NCBI RefSeq assembly: GCF_002105155.1
Contig: NW_019028999.1
Location: forward strand, 310,001-374,000
Length of the DNA stretch: 64,000 bases
Source: Lobosporangium transversale
Taxonomy: Eukaryota
Direction: 5' to 3'
In this document: one piece after another, positions 51,794-64,000 of the stretch
Layout of the letters: each line of letters starts with the position of its first letter
Numbering within the stretch: position 1 is the stretch's first letter
Notes under the pieces: generated by a model
The model's database searches: none
What the model saw: the letters and a program-made list of their open reading frames with translations, nothing else
Told to the model about the DNA's origin: nothing
Made by a program: the position numbers and the translations under genes

Positions 51794-52944
51794 ATGTCAT
51801 TGGCAAGACGCCTCTTACATCCACATTATGTTGCGAACGTGGCCCTTGCGGTAGCGTATCCAGTCTATCAGATTATTCATCATCCTGAGTACTTATCAAC
51901 CTTGAGCATCGCATCTTATTCTCGCTACCTCCTGCCGGCGATGGTCGTATTTTTCATCAAAGTGCAAGGGTCACAATCAGCTGAAGAGCTTGTCAGTGTC
52001 ATGGCCCTTTATATCAAAGTATATTCACTCTATGGCTTCTGGACTATTGCCAAGGACCCTGCTATACTCTGGGGAATCTCCTGGAGTGGATGGTGGAGAG
52101 TTTTCTTTTTCCTTTTGTCTTGGCTCGGTAACTATGGGTTTGATCGTTTCAAGCAAGGCTATTGACTGTATTTTGATTTCAATAGTTAACACTCTCATTT
52201 CAATTATTGTGAAAAACCAGCTATCTTCACCGTGCTACCTCAACCTCCTTACCAAGGTCCTTCAAAGATCATTTGGCTGGATGCATCCCAGTTAGATCGC
52301 TTAACAAGGCCTATTCTATCAAAGTCAAAGGGTATAGGGAAATCAACAGCAAAAATTGTAGAACTAGATGAAGAGGGCGTCCCTGCATATAACGATGAGG
52401 AAGAGCCAACTGTTCAAGAATATGGGCAGGATCAAAAACTCAAAGACTCTGAATTGGATCCAAGTCATTACTGGATTATAGCCTTTAACACCACATGGAG
52501 CTCACCCTGCAGATATTTTGAAGCTGTGTTGGCGCGGTGCTCTATCAAGTAATCTTTTTATATTATTAACTGATGTTTTCTATGATAAGGATAGTTTCAT
52601 AGGAAGCAAAGGGGTAACCGCTTCTTTTATATTCATGCTCATTTAGATATGAAAGAAAGAATGTTCACTTTGCAAAGATCGATATGGATATGGTTCCTGA
52701 GGGTGATGAAATCGCAGAACGCTTCAAGATCAATCTTGCAGCCACAACATTGGATTTACCTACGCTGATCTTGTTCAAAGATGGCAAGGCTTTAAAGCAA
52801 CTGCCACTTAAATTGGGGATGAAGGTTGGAGGCGATGTCCTAGGCAAAATGGGGTGGGATCGATCTGAGAGTTCGGTGCTTAGTGCATTTGAATTGGACA
52901 AATTAGGCACCGGGAAGGAGTCATTTTCGGCATTGAGTAAATAA
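51794..52944 (+). CDS. Thioredoxin-related transmembrane protein (TMX2-like), 3 exons
   Basis: Hydrophobic N-terminus, PQPPYQGPSKI, WIIAFNTTWSSPC (SxxC in place of CxxC), FAKID..AERFKI..LPTLILFKDGK. Confidence 0.82.
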
Positions 52945-53180
52945 ATATTTAGGAACCAAGACAGACGCTCGTTTTCATAAACTTTTTTTTTTTTTTTTTT
53001 TTTTTTTGGGACACTTCAGTGACAAAATGTATTACAAGAGTAACGACGCATTCTTTGCTCCATGTACCAACGGAATGACATTCCTGCCATCGCTTGGGTC
53101 ATTACATCTATTCCACTTCTCTCTAAGGTTCCTATTTTATGACATAAAACTCACGCATAGAAGAAAAAATCCTTGCTCTT

Positions 53181-53283
53181 TATTGCTGTTGCCGCTGTTG
53201 GTGTTGCTGTTGTTGCTGCTGTTGTTGCTGTTGTTATTGTTGGCGCTGTTGCTGTTGTTATGGTTGCTGCTGTTGTTGTTGTT
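53181..53283. repeat. Imperfect (TGT/TGC)n trinucleotide microsatellite upstream of UXS1
   Basis: Directly visible ttgctgttg... run; it produces the spurious poly-Leu and poly-Val ORFs. Confidence 0.85.
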
Positions 53284-53311
53284 TTTGTATACTTTCTTGT
53301 TCTTCAACGGC

Positions 53312-53342
<31 letters not shown>

Positions 53343-53583
53343 GCCCAATTGCGAATACAGCATGGTTTTATTATTTCTGTCATGTTTTGTAACATGTGTC
53401 AGTCTATCAGCCTATTGACAGCTTTTTTTTTTCCAGTTCTCCAATTGCTTGCTTTCTATCCTTAATTCTCTTTCTTTCTTTCCTCAACTCTTTTAAACTC
53501 TGTCCTCTCTTTCTCTTTTTAATCACTTCCTCTTTTTTATTTTTGCTCTATTACTTTCCAGACATAAATCTTCGGAAAAAACA

Positions 53584-55039
53584 ATGGAACAACTAACATG
53601 CACCGGCGAGTTTGACCAGCAACAGACACAGCGCCTAACTGATGCAACCACTTCATCACTCGCAATAGATAAATCCTCAAGTATATCATACGAGCCAAAC
53701 ACACCTGTGAGTACCAGCGCTGATACTCCTCCTTTAAGCGCCTCTGAATCAGATCCAGAAGAAGAACCAGCAGCTTCACCTTCAACTCAAACTGACCCAA
53801 GTTCAGGATCGCAGCTTGTGAGCGTTGTTGGAGATAGATCTGTCCGGTCAGATATTCCTCTTCACGTACTTCAACAGCTCTATTTGCCTGATATAGCCAA
53901 CAGATATCACAGGCTCAATGCAGACAACACCCTATCGTTCCCACACACCCCTTCTTTTCCCGCTGTCAAGGCATTACCAAGCCATGAACGGAAACGAATT
54001 TTGGTCACCGGCGGTGCTGGATTCGTAGGCTCGCATCTTGTTGACCGGCTGATGCTCATGGGCCATGAAGTCATTGTACTTGACAACTTTTTCACTGGAA
54101 GCAAGCGAAATGTTCAACATTGGATGGGACACCCACATTTCGAACTCATTCGACACGACGTGGTTGATCCATTCATGATTGAGGTTGATCAGATCTATCA
54201 CCTTGCATGTCCAGCCTCACCACCACACTATCAGTATAACCCCATCAAGACAGTCAAGACCTCGGTCATGGGCACGATCAATATGTTAGGGCTCGCTAAG
54301 CGCACAAAAGCTCGTTTCCTCTTGACATCAACATCTGGTATTACCGTGTTTCAAACCAAAGTCTTAGTTAATTCATCACTGATCAAAAGTTACTGACTCT
54401 TTTCTCCCTCAACCTGTCTGTTTCTTAACTGTAGAGGTGTATGGAGATCCAGAAGAGCATCCCCAAAAAGAGACATATTGGGGTCATGTTAATCCGATAG
54501 GGCCTCGGGCGTGCTATGACGAGGGCAAACGTGTCGCAGAAACATTGACGTATTCGTACATGCATCAGGACGATGTCGACGTTCGAGTAGCACGAATCTT
54601 CAACACATTTGGGCCAAGAATGAATGAAAACGACGGTCGTGTAGTCAGTAACTTTATCATGCAGGCATTGAGGGGCGACGAATTGACAATCTATGGTGAT
54701 GGACAACAGACACGATCCTTCCAATACATTCATGATCTAGTTGATGGTTTAATCCTGCTCATGAACAAAAATTACAAGGAGCCTGTTAATCTTGGCAATC
54801 CTGAAGAATATACCATTCGTGAATTTGCAGAGATGATCCGTGGTGAGATCAATACCAATGTGGAAATCATGAGCCTACCACCAACGGAGGATGATCCACA
54901 GAGGCGACGACCTGATATCGGGCGGGCGCAAAGGCATTTAGGGTGGGCTCCCAAGTTCTCAGTAGGCCAAGGCATTAGGGAAACAGTTGAATACTTTAAG
55001 AATACCAAAATGGAACAAACTTGGTACCCCTCTACTTAG
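53584..55039 (+). CDS. UXS1: UDP-glucuronate decarboxylase (UDP-xylose synthase), 2 exons
   Basis: [74 protein letters not shown]. Confidence 0.97.
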
Positions 55040-55142
55040 CCCATTCTCACTTCATAATCCCATATTACCATTTTATCACGCTCCAAGCTCTCATTAGTAT
55101 CGGGCAAAACTATTTTTGAAATATAATTTCAACGGCGCAACT

Positions 55143-55175
<33 letters not shown>

Positions 55176-55207
55176 AATTATTAACCATCTCCGCCTTCAT
55201 TCTCATC

Positions 55208-56015
55208 ATGACAATGGAGTCCATTAGAACACCCCATCCATACTTTCCAGAGAATTTGGTGCTCGATCACTATGTTCCAAACACGAATTCGGTCTTTTTG
55301 ACACTATCATATGTGTCGATCACATTCATCTTTATCACTCTTGTCACCATTGCTCTTGGATATCCAAAGCGGCATTCGTGTCTCAGTAGTATAGGGGATC
55401 GCTTGGCGTTTTTTTGGTTTATCCTATGCGTCTTCCTTCATATTTTCTTTGAAGGTTATTTTGGGCTCTATCATAAAACGTTAGCAGGTGATAACAGCCC
55501 AGTGGCTCAAGTGTGGAAGGAATACGCGTTGAGTGATTCGCGTTACCTCTCAAGTGATACGTTTGTTCTCATTGCTGAACTTGTAACCATTGTATGAGCT
55601 GAATAAAAACAAAGAGGATCATAAGTTGACATCCAAAGTGAAAAAAAAAAAAAAAAAAAATGCTCAACTAACTCATGCTCTTATTCTCTTTTTTTTCTTT
55701 CTTATGGGATGGGGGAATGTTTATTCCTGTCGATCAAAGATAATCTGGGGTCCATTAGCGCTTTTTAATGCATGGTCAACGTATCATAATTTGCCATCAC
55801 GGCATATTGGTCAATTGATACTCTCGTTGGGTCAAGTCTACAGTTGCACACTCTATTATTTTACATCCATTGTAGAAGGCTCACCCGAATGCCGCCCAGA
55901 ACCATACTATTACTATTTTTACTTTTGGTTTTTCAATGCCTTTTGGATGGTTGCGCCCGTTATCCTCATCAAAAACTCAATCAAGACGTTATATAATGCC
56001 ATGGCACAATTATGA
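55208..56015 (+). CDS. EBP: Emopamil-binding-protein family sterol delta8-delta7 isomerase, 2 exons
   Basis: HPYFP, WF..C..LHIFFEGYF, QVWKEYALSDSRY, E.VT..WGPL, SLGQVY, YFWFFNAFW.V.P; the family's His, Glu, Glu, Thr, Asn and Trp positions appear present. Confidence 0.9.
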
Positions 56016-56226
56016 TTTCTTTTGTAATGATTAATATCCAACATTTCATAGGATTTTTATTACCATTAAAACTATTATTATTATTTTATCTTTGAATGAA
56101 ACATTGTCAAGTATAACAATGATAATGGAATGAGAATTAGATGAAAAGGCATGAGCGAGTGTTTCTTTTTGCTTCTTATCGAAAGATAGCGAACATTATG
56201 ATAAAAGAAGGTTAAAGTGGGAATTA

Positions 56227-56258
<32 letters not shown>

Positions 56259-56259
<1 letters not shown>

Positions 56260-58289
56260 CACTCCAAGGCGGTAAGAGGTTTGCGGGCGACGAAAAAGTA
56301 CATTGGCGTAAAAATGCCAAGCAAAGCCCCTTCAAGGACAGAATCAGCAGCCGTTTGGAGAATACTTGAGACCTTTGCACTACCAGGAGCAATCAAGCCA
56401 AGTTTTTCGAGGGTCTTGACCATATATGTGGTCGTGGCACGTCCGGCGGTCGTTGTGCGGAGGACTGTCAAGTAATCCCAAAAGGCATTGGCCTGTCGAA
56501 TATCACCCTGCAAAGGATAATACCACTTGATTTTGTCGTCTGTTGCACCCATATCCATATTCTTCTCAATCGTGAAGCCTACTGTTTCAAGAGCCTTGAG
56601 GCAATCCTTGACGGTCATCATTTTTGCAACGCCGTTTCCGACCTCGAGTCCACGGACGATACGAAGGTGTTCGGGATTGGTAGGGTCATATTTATCTGTC
56701 ATGACCCATTCATAACAGCCAAAGACTCCGCCAGGTTTGAGGACCCTGTAGGCCTCGCCATAGACACCTTCTAAAGACGAAGCGTGAACTGTAGCCTCGA
56801 TAGCATAGCAAGCATCAAACGAGCTATCCTCAACGGGCATATTCATAAAGTCACCCTTGATAAAATCTGATTTATGCTCGAGTCCATAGGTCACTGCGTA
56901 ACGCTTTGCACGATTGATTTGGTAGTCATTGTTGTTGAGGCCAGTGATATGGGCACCCGTGAAGTGACCAATCTCACGAGCAGGACCGCCTACGCCACAG
57001 CCAATATCAAGCACCTTGTGATGAGGCTGGATGCCCATATTGGCAGCAAGGTAATGTTCATGTCGAGCCATAGCCTGTTGAAAGGGTTCGCGCGGACGGA
57101 ATCTGCAAAAATGGAAAGAAGTACCCCATGCGTACTAAGTTGACAAGTACATATATAATATATAAAGAGATGTTAATATGATTATAAAGATAAAAATATA
57201 AATGTTTGTAAATATTCTAATTTTTATAATTGATGTAAACAACCAAACAGTTGTATGTTATTTTCTGTTCAGCAATTGACGCGTTTTTATGACAGTCACT
57301 CCGCAATCCGGAATGATGCGCCTACAAAAATCAGGCCAACAAGAAACCCTCCAGCCTTTTAGTTGATGAAATCATTCATGATAAACAACGCCCAAAGATA
57401 TGTAAATTGTGCTGCGGAAAATGAATTGTGAGTACACAACAAGGAGTATGTGTTACCGAATTGCGCCTAAAATCAGATGAAGAAGTAGGGACTTTGAGCC
57501 ATACTGGAGTCTTTGATGCTTTAACCACTTTTTTTTTCGAAATTCCAACATCCCCCAATACAGCATTGTAATTGACTCGGACCGTCATCGAAGGATTTTA
57601 GACTTATCAAGGAATCGCGAGGCAACAAAAAAAAAAAAAAAAAAAAAAAAAAGGGTAGGACAAGGCAAAAAGAAGATGGCGAATACGATATACTTCTTTT
57701 GCTTTACTATTACCCACTATACTTCAACTCACCAGTGAACCTGCTATTCAAGATGTTTTTCAAAAATCTTCACTCCCCCCAATATTCCTCACGCTGCTAG
57801 AAGCAGGGCGTTTATAATGCAGAAGGTGTGGGTAAATTTGTGGAGCGTTCTGCTGTAGCAACGACGATCGCTGATGTCTGCAATTATTGTAACAGCGTTA
57901 TATACATCTGAAGAAATCCTTCTGCTAAATATCGTAGCCTTCTAACCAAGTTATATGTATATAGGTTTTTTTTTTTCTTGTATCTATCCATTTACCTCAT
58001 AGAAATCCGTGGCAAGGTCATAAAAAGAGTTTGCGACAGCCTTGTAAGCATTCTGTCGTTCAACCTTGGCCTCCTCAGTCTCATTCTCGGGTTTGGTTTC
58101 CTTCCAGTTGTCTAGATAGTTATCAACGACTGTGGGAGTAAACTCGCGATCCTTGTTCTTCAGCTTGGAAATGAAGGAATCTTGATGATGGTCCTCATTC
58201 CAGCTTTGGCCATGCAGGGTCTTGGACAAGGCTAGATCCTCGAAGTTATGCTGAGTGATTAAAGCACTGGATGTTCTTGCAGGAGCCAT
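56259..58289 (-). CDS. ERG6: Sterol 24-C-methyltransferase, 2 exons (58289-57996, 57134-56259)
   Basis: FYDLATDFYE/YAWGTSFHFCRF, ARHEHYLA, VLDIGCGVGGPAREI, GLNNNDYQ, YAIEATVHA, IFTPMYFFVARKP. Confidence 0.96.
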
Positions 58290-59687
58290 TGTGATCGCCC
58301 TTTTTTAAATTTGATCTATCAGATGTGCAAGGTTGAAAAATTTGAAAGTGGAAGGGAAAAAAACGTTTGATGTTGAAGAAAAAAAAAAAAAAAAGTATCC
58401 AATAGCAGGCAAAATTAGAATGAAAGAGGAGAAATAGAAGGGAATAACCTGGCCATTTTTATATTTTTTAGGGCCTCAATTGCGCATTATGAATTGATAT
58501 TGATTCAGGTGCATATCGAGAGGTGTTTGTGTGGCATGACATGACATGATTTTTTTTTCTCCATGCACTCCAACGATCATGATAGGGATATATTAACTTC
58601 CGTAATTCAGTATTCAATCGCTCTACATAATTCACTCACAATCACAATGATGTTATATTCATAAAGATCCCTTTGCCTTGAAACCAATCTCAATCGATTC
58701 ATTTGCTCCTTAGTCTAAGGAAGATATACGGGTTGTCCCTGTTTTGCTTGTCCATCTGACCGGGGTTGGACTACAAGTAGAATGGTACAGCAAAAAGGGT
58801 TCAAGGAGATCTTCCTCTCATGGTATATATCATAGTTTACATTGAGTACTTATTTAATTGATTTGTCACTCGATACATGACTACGCAGCAGAATATGCGC
58901 AAAACTGAAAATTGAAAGCCAATAGATTGGATCAGTCTTTGCTTTATATCCTCATGTATCCCTCATTATAATCATGATCATCAATATCCCGTTTATGACA
59001 AAAAAAAAAAAAAAGAAAAGAAAGTAATAACATCCGATTGGAAGAATACCGTTCAGTCTCTCTCTTCCGCCCAACTATCGTACTTTTAATCGAAAATGGT
59101 TTCATTCAGCTGATACAATTACATTTGTTGTACTGTCCACCTTCGTTGATCTTGTCCACTTCTGCTACGTAAAAAACCAGCCTCGCCTTGTCGAGCTCCT
59201 GGATCAACAAAAAGTGTCTTTTTTCTTTCTTTTCTTCTCATACAGCGTATTGTACTCCATCCTTGTAGCCCTGTAAAAAAAAAAAAAAAAAAAAAAAGCA
59301 TAGCAGTAGGGTAGGCGGACATGTTTGAGGAAGAAATAATGCAAACCAACGCAATATAAAAAAGTCTTTGCCCAACAAGATGATGAGAAGGACTGTGCAG
59401 AATGCAGCAAAAATGTGAAATGATGAGCGGAATCATTCACTCTAATATGCTCATTATTCAGACGTGTAGGTTTGACGCCTTCAATCCCAGATGTGCCTAA
59501 TGAGAGTGCTTTGAATGACAATGAAATAAAAATAAAATAAAAATATACAATACAATAAAGATAAATAAAAAGCGCCTGCGGAATCCTATCGATCTGACAG
59601 AAATCTTTTTGTCGTTGTTGCTCTTGTTGCAGTCATTGTCATGACTGCTACTGAATTGGACATTCTCCCAAGCTTTTGTTTCATAAA

Positions 59688-59870
59688 CCACGCCATGTTG
59701 GTATAGTTCACATGGAGATAAATGGACTTTCATCTCTTTGCAAACATTTGGGGATCTCTTCCTCATTTTATCAAATGCTACATGGTCTGATGAACGTTTT
59801 AAACTTCATTCCTGAGCGGTTTAAAGCTGAGTTAAACTGAGTCTGTTGATCCGTTTGTGCTTTTTAAGCA
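59688..59870 (+). pseudogene. Possible decayed cytochrome P450 fragment
   Basis: Collinear short motifs HVGIVH, FANIWG (59737-59754) and NFIPERF (59802-59822) in different frames; no heme-binding FxxGxRxC found. Confidence 0.3.
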
Positions 59871-60485
59871 GAACAAATCCATGTACACTCCGGTGCACTT
59901 TGCACATTCTTTGATAAGGTTCAAATGTATAAGCGCAAAAGGAAATGAGGCAAGCGTCATTTTTTTTTTTTTTTTTTTCCTTTCCCTGTTCTTTAAGAAA
60001 CTCAGTCGGTGGTCATTCTGAGCTGAGACGTTTTTTTTTTTTCTTTCTAAATACGGCCGCCGCTTTCGCTTGCTTGCTCCTGGTTTTTACATGCTCAGTC
60101 GCATAAAGATCAAGATGGAAAGGGTCGGCAACGTGGATACGCAGCCACGGCCCCTAAGATGTAGACATGTGGACATATGGACATGAAAATTAAATAATAT
60201 TAACTTTCCTTGCACAGGCTCCAGGTTCTGGTTGAACTGCATTTCGGTGCAACCTGATAAATGTTTTACCATCGGAGTTAACAACCTTTACACGAGTCTC
60301 CATAAGGATAAGGATTCCCACCATTAGAGGATGTAGAAAGGTATAGAGGATAAACATATTCCCTTCGATCAACAAGGCGGATTCACCAACATTTGCAAAG
60401 ATGATATATTCTATATATAATATGGTATTCATAGTCAATCATATGTATTATATTCTATCATTCTATCAACAATGTACAAAAATGC

Positions 60486-62461
60486 CTAATTGATCTCCAG
60501 CACCTTCTTCATCCTCTCGTACACTGTGAACGAGATCGCAACCATTGGTGTAACCTTGAGATATCCAATACTTAGTCCCACGAAGAATCCACGCACTCCT
60601 TTAGCTATATACAATCGTTTCGCTGTCTCCCACATGCCTATAAATTCTTTGGGATCCAGTGCTCCCGCAACCTGCATCTTACGTCTGACTACTTCTAATG
60701 GATATGACGCCGTCTGTGAAATCGCCCCTGCAAGACCTCCGCACGCAAGCTCAGCTATAGTCCGTAGTTCAGGGCGTGCATAGTCGCCATTCTTGTCGGG
60801 CAAGCCCCGGTTCTGTGTTGGTTTGAGTGTCCAGGGCAAGTATTCACGACAAAACTCTTGAGCCACATCGTGTGTAAAGAAAGATACTCCTGCGTATGGG
60901 ATCATCCCTGCTACAGTACAGAGAAACCCCCGGTAGAAGTTTGAGACTTTCAGCGCTGGTAACCATCTCATATGAGCTGAGCGGTGGCGTCCAGCAGGCT
61001 CATTATAAATCTTGTTCACAAGTGCTGTGTAGGGTGTAGCCTTAGTTTCATATGCAAGGCGTACTCTGATCAAATCTAATGGATATGTGAAAAATACAGA
61101 TGTGACACCTATGGCAGACAAAAATACATGAATGTTAAAACTAAAAAGCAAAAACTATCAAAGAAAGAAAGCCATATAACCATATATGCGTTTTCATTAC
61201 CAGCCAAAGATCCCGCCAGCAATTTCTTGTAAGGCGTTTCATCCCTTCTTGTTGGCATTAGAAGCTAATAGTATTCAACATTCCATAAAGAAAGCAAAAA
61301 TTTTAGTGGACATTGCATTTTTATTTACTTGGAATCAGCTGGCAAAAATTCATATACTCACACTGCGGTATTGCTCATACGCCATAAACTTGATCGCGGC
61401 ATAGGGAAAGATCCTGAAGACAGTTGCCAAATTACCCTGGAATAATCCGCGAACACCTCCTGACCTCTGAATATCCCTTGCGGCTTTGAATACACCCGTC
61501 CAAGTCCCTATAGCGTTGATTAAAAATGACAATATACTCAGCATAAAATTTAAATTGACAAGTTATGATACATCTCTGAAGCACTGTACAACCTCACTGT
61601 TCTGTCAAGAACTCGGTGCATTCGTAGCATAGTTAGCTCAACATGACCAATCGTTTTTTTTTTTTTTTTTTTTTCCCTCTTTTCATTAATCAAAATTACT
61701 GCTAGACTGGGAAAGTTTGTTGTTATTAACGGCCTTTATACTCACTAAAATTATCAAAATGTCTTACCTGCATATTTTTCAAATTGAGGGTTGCTTGCTT
61801 GGAATAAGATTTTGACTCGATCTAGAGGAGCAATAGCTGTTTTGGCCTAGAAACACATTATGACCGTGGGAGGAATAAAAAAAAAATTTAAAGGCTCTGC
61901 TAATTCACATTTGGTGGCTGATCAGCATAGACATTGAAGCAATGCGTAGGAGTATTGTACTCGAAGTGGTGCTTTTATATATGTTACTCGCCGCTCGTTA
62001 AGTAGATATATTGTGTTTGTTAAAGTTGAACAAATCTCCATCATTTGTTCCCAATAGTTCTACCTATCCTTGTCAAGATCAATGATGATGGCTTATTGCT
62101 GACTTTATACTAGTCAAGAGCATGTGAGCCGATACAGTTGGTTCTTCTTTTTTTGTTCATGCCTAAGTCTTTACGTTCTATTGTTACTTACGGCTGTACC
62201 AGCGATTCCTCCTGCAAGCATTGTCCGTGCGACATAATCGAGTGACTTTGTTTCTCTAACAGTTACTCTCGGCTGTTTGTTCTCGGTACGATAAGTAATT
62301 CCAGCAGATTCGGCTTCAGGAGACGCCAATGAAGACGTGGAGGAGCTTAATTGATTCCCGTTATGGCTACTAGTAGTGTGCTGGAGTTGGCCGTTGTTCT
62401 GCTGGTTGGTTTGAAGTCTACCCAAGGCCGAGTCAGAACCGGCAGAGGAGATCGTAGCCAT
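60486..62461 (-). CDS. LEU5: Mitochondrial coenzyme A carrier (Leu5/SLC25A16/A42-like), multi-exon
   Basis: [96 protein letters not shown]; three Px[DE]xx[KR] motifs. Confidence 0.92.
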
Positions 62462-63091
62462 CAAAGAGATGAAGGAGACTGAAAAGGAATAGAATAAAAT
62501 AAAGTATAGACTTTAATGGTTAAATGTCAAGCTTTACAGGATCAAGTGGGATCGTTGATTAAAAAGGGGAAGAAAGAAAAGGAAATGGGACTAGATTGGT
62601 GCATGTAACGTATGCTGAATGTGGAGTCAAATATTGCGATAAATATGAATAATCATACAAGACAGGCGGAGCCCTAGAGGCTATTTTATCTTTAATGAAG
62701 CTCTAATCAGTCAACGATGGGCAAAAGTCGTTGTACAATGCATAAAAAATATAATTATTAAAATGATTGTGAATGGAGAAATAAAAAAGAAACCCGAGCG
62801 ACAGATGTCCGTTGTAAAGAAACTTTCACATGCATGCTTCAAACCCTTAAGAAACAACGAATTAACCAAAAGTGACTCTGTCACTCATGTAAAATATAAT
62901 TCCGCTTTGCTTTATTGCATCTGCCTTGCGGCTTAAAAAATCGTCGCAAGGCAAATAAATTTGATGGGAATAATTATATATAAAAAGAGCTACTTCTAAT
63001 CAACTCCTGATCCTGATTGCTAGTTCACTCTACTAAAAGTGTGCGTTTCTCACCCAGGTTCCCTTGATGGTCGGCACGGCTTCTATGATTC

Positions 63092-64000
63092 CTAGACACG
63101 TCTCTGGGGTGGTGGTGGTGGTGGCGCTCCACGACTGATGGTTTGTGTCAACAGGAACATATACAGAAAAAAAAAAAGAAAAAAAAAAGGAGAACAGAAC
63201 GTCGGTTCCCGAAAAAAAAAAAAATCCGTCAATGCTGATTGATCTTCTGCGCAGGTTCTTCTTAATTGGAAATTGCATGAGACGCCTCTGACCAAGGTTT
63301 CATCTCGCGAAGCATTGAATCCCAAGTGCAATTAGGTCAAATACTGCCCTCCCGATCCCGCTCCAGCTCTGTATAGGATAGCCCTCCAATGCATCCCAAA
63401 AGTAGTAAATAAATAAAAGAATATGGACTCTGAAACAACTCAATCCTTAACTATCAAAGGAGTTGTAGTACCCACATGTCGCCGTTTTCATATATCATAT
63501 CTTGAGGTCACAGTGGCAGAAAACGAGCAGGAAGGAAGAGGGGAAGATTTTCTTGCATTCGAATGCTCAAAGAAAAATCAAATCAATGGAGCCTGATCAG
63601 GAATAGTCAAATGGCTATAATGTAAAGGTAACTTACCCATATGGGCTCGGCGAACGACCCCGTCCGCTATCACGGTAATAAGGCGAGGGAGATCGGCCAC
63701 GATAGCCTCCAGAATGATAAGGGGAGCGAGGGCGATAGCCGTACCCCCGGTCGGGTGATCTCGAATAGCCACGTCCACGATATCCATAGTCATATGGGTC
63801 CCTTCCATACGGTCCTGGAGAGCGCCCTCGGCCGTAGCGAGGAGGCGGGGGAGGCCCTCGGCGATAATCACTGTATGAAGGCCCATATCGCCTAGAGCTA
63901 GGGCCTCGGCAAAAGCGTGCCAAATGGCCGGGTTCGCCACATTTGAAGCACTTCCCGGATTTGACATCCATACCCTTCTCGCTCGCTTCTGGACATTCTC
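63092..64000 (-). CDS. 3' part of an SR-type RNA-binding protein with CCHC zinc knuckle(s); 5' end lies outside the window
   Basis: ECP..KCFKCGEPGHLARFC (CX2CX4HX4C) followed by an RS/RG/Y-rich tail; phase-2 intron 63636-63135 joins the last exon GRGAPPPPPPQRRV*. Confidence 0.8.

Noticed and set aside
53006..53418. Poly-Leu and poly-Val 'membrane protein' ORFs
   Set aside because: Produced by a TGT/TGC microsatellite and a poly-A run; no ATG start or family motif.

Overview
Gene-dense, intron-rich eukaryotic DNA. GT-AG introns are short and often hold long poly-A/T runs. The gene content points to an early-diverging fungus, most plausibly Mortierellaceae (inference). About 23 mostly housekeeping genes are present: eIF4E, PGS1, RBM39-like, dynamitin, RIB7, CIA2, SPP-like protease, PIL1/LSP1-like, SCP2, SH3/polyQ protein, PCT1, SPS19, UBC12, CGR1, PSY2/SMEK, BBE-like oxidase, arrestin-like, TMX2-like, UXS1, EBP, ERG6, LEU5 and a zinc-knuckle SR protein. 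The standout is a 2,813-bp DNA transposon (10742-13554) with 14-bp imperfect terminal inverted repeats and a TA duplication. It sits in an intron of a degenerate FAR-17a/AIG1-family gene. It encodes no recognisable transposase. It does carry an intron-containing Fanzor (eukaryotic TnpB/Cas12-like RNA-guided nuclease) gene with all three RuvC catalytic residues and the zinc finger, but with one frameshift. A 154-nt non-coding 3' end is the candidate omega-RNA and itself contains an intron-like segment. All calls come from manual reading and motif recognition; no database searches were run, and exon boundaries are hand-inferred.
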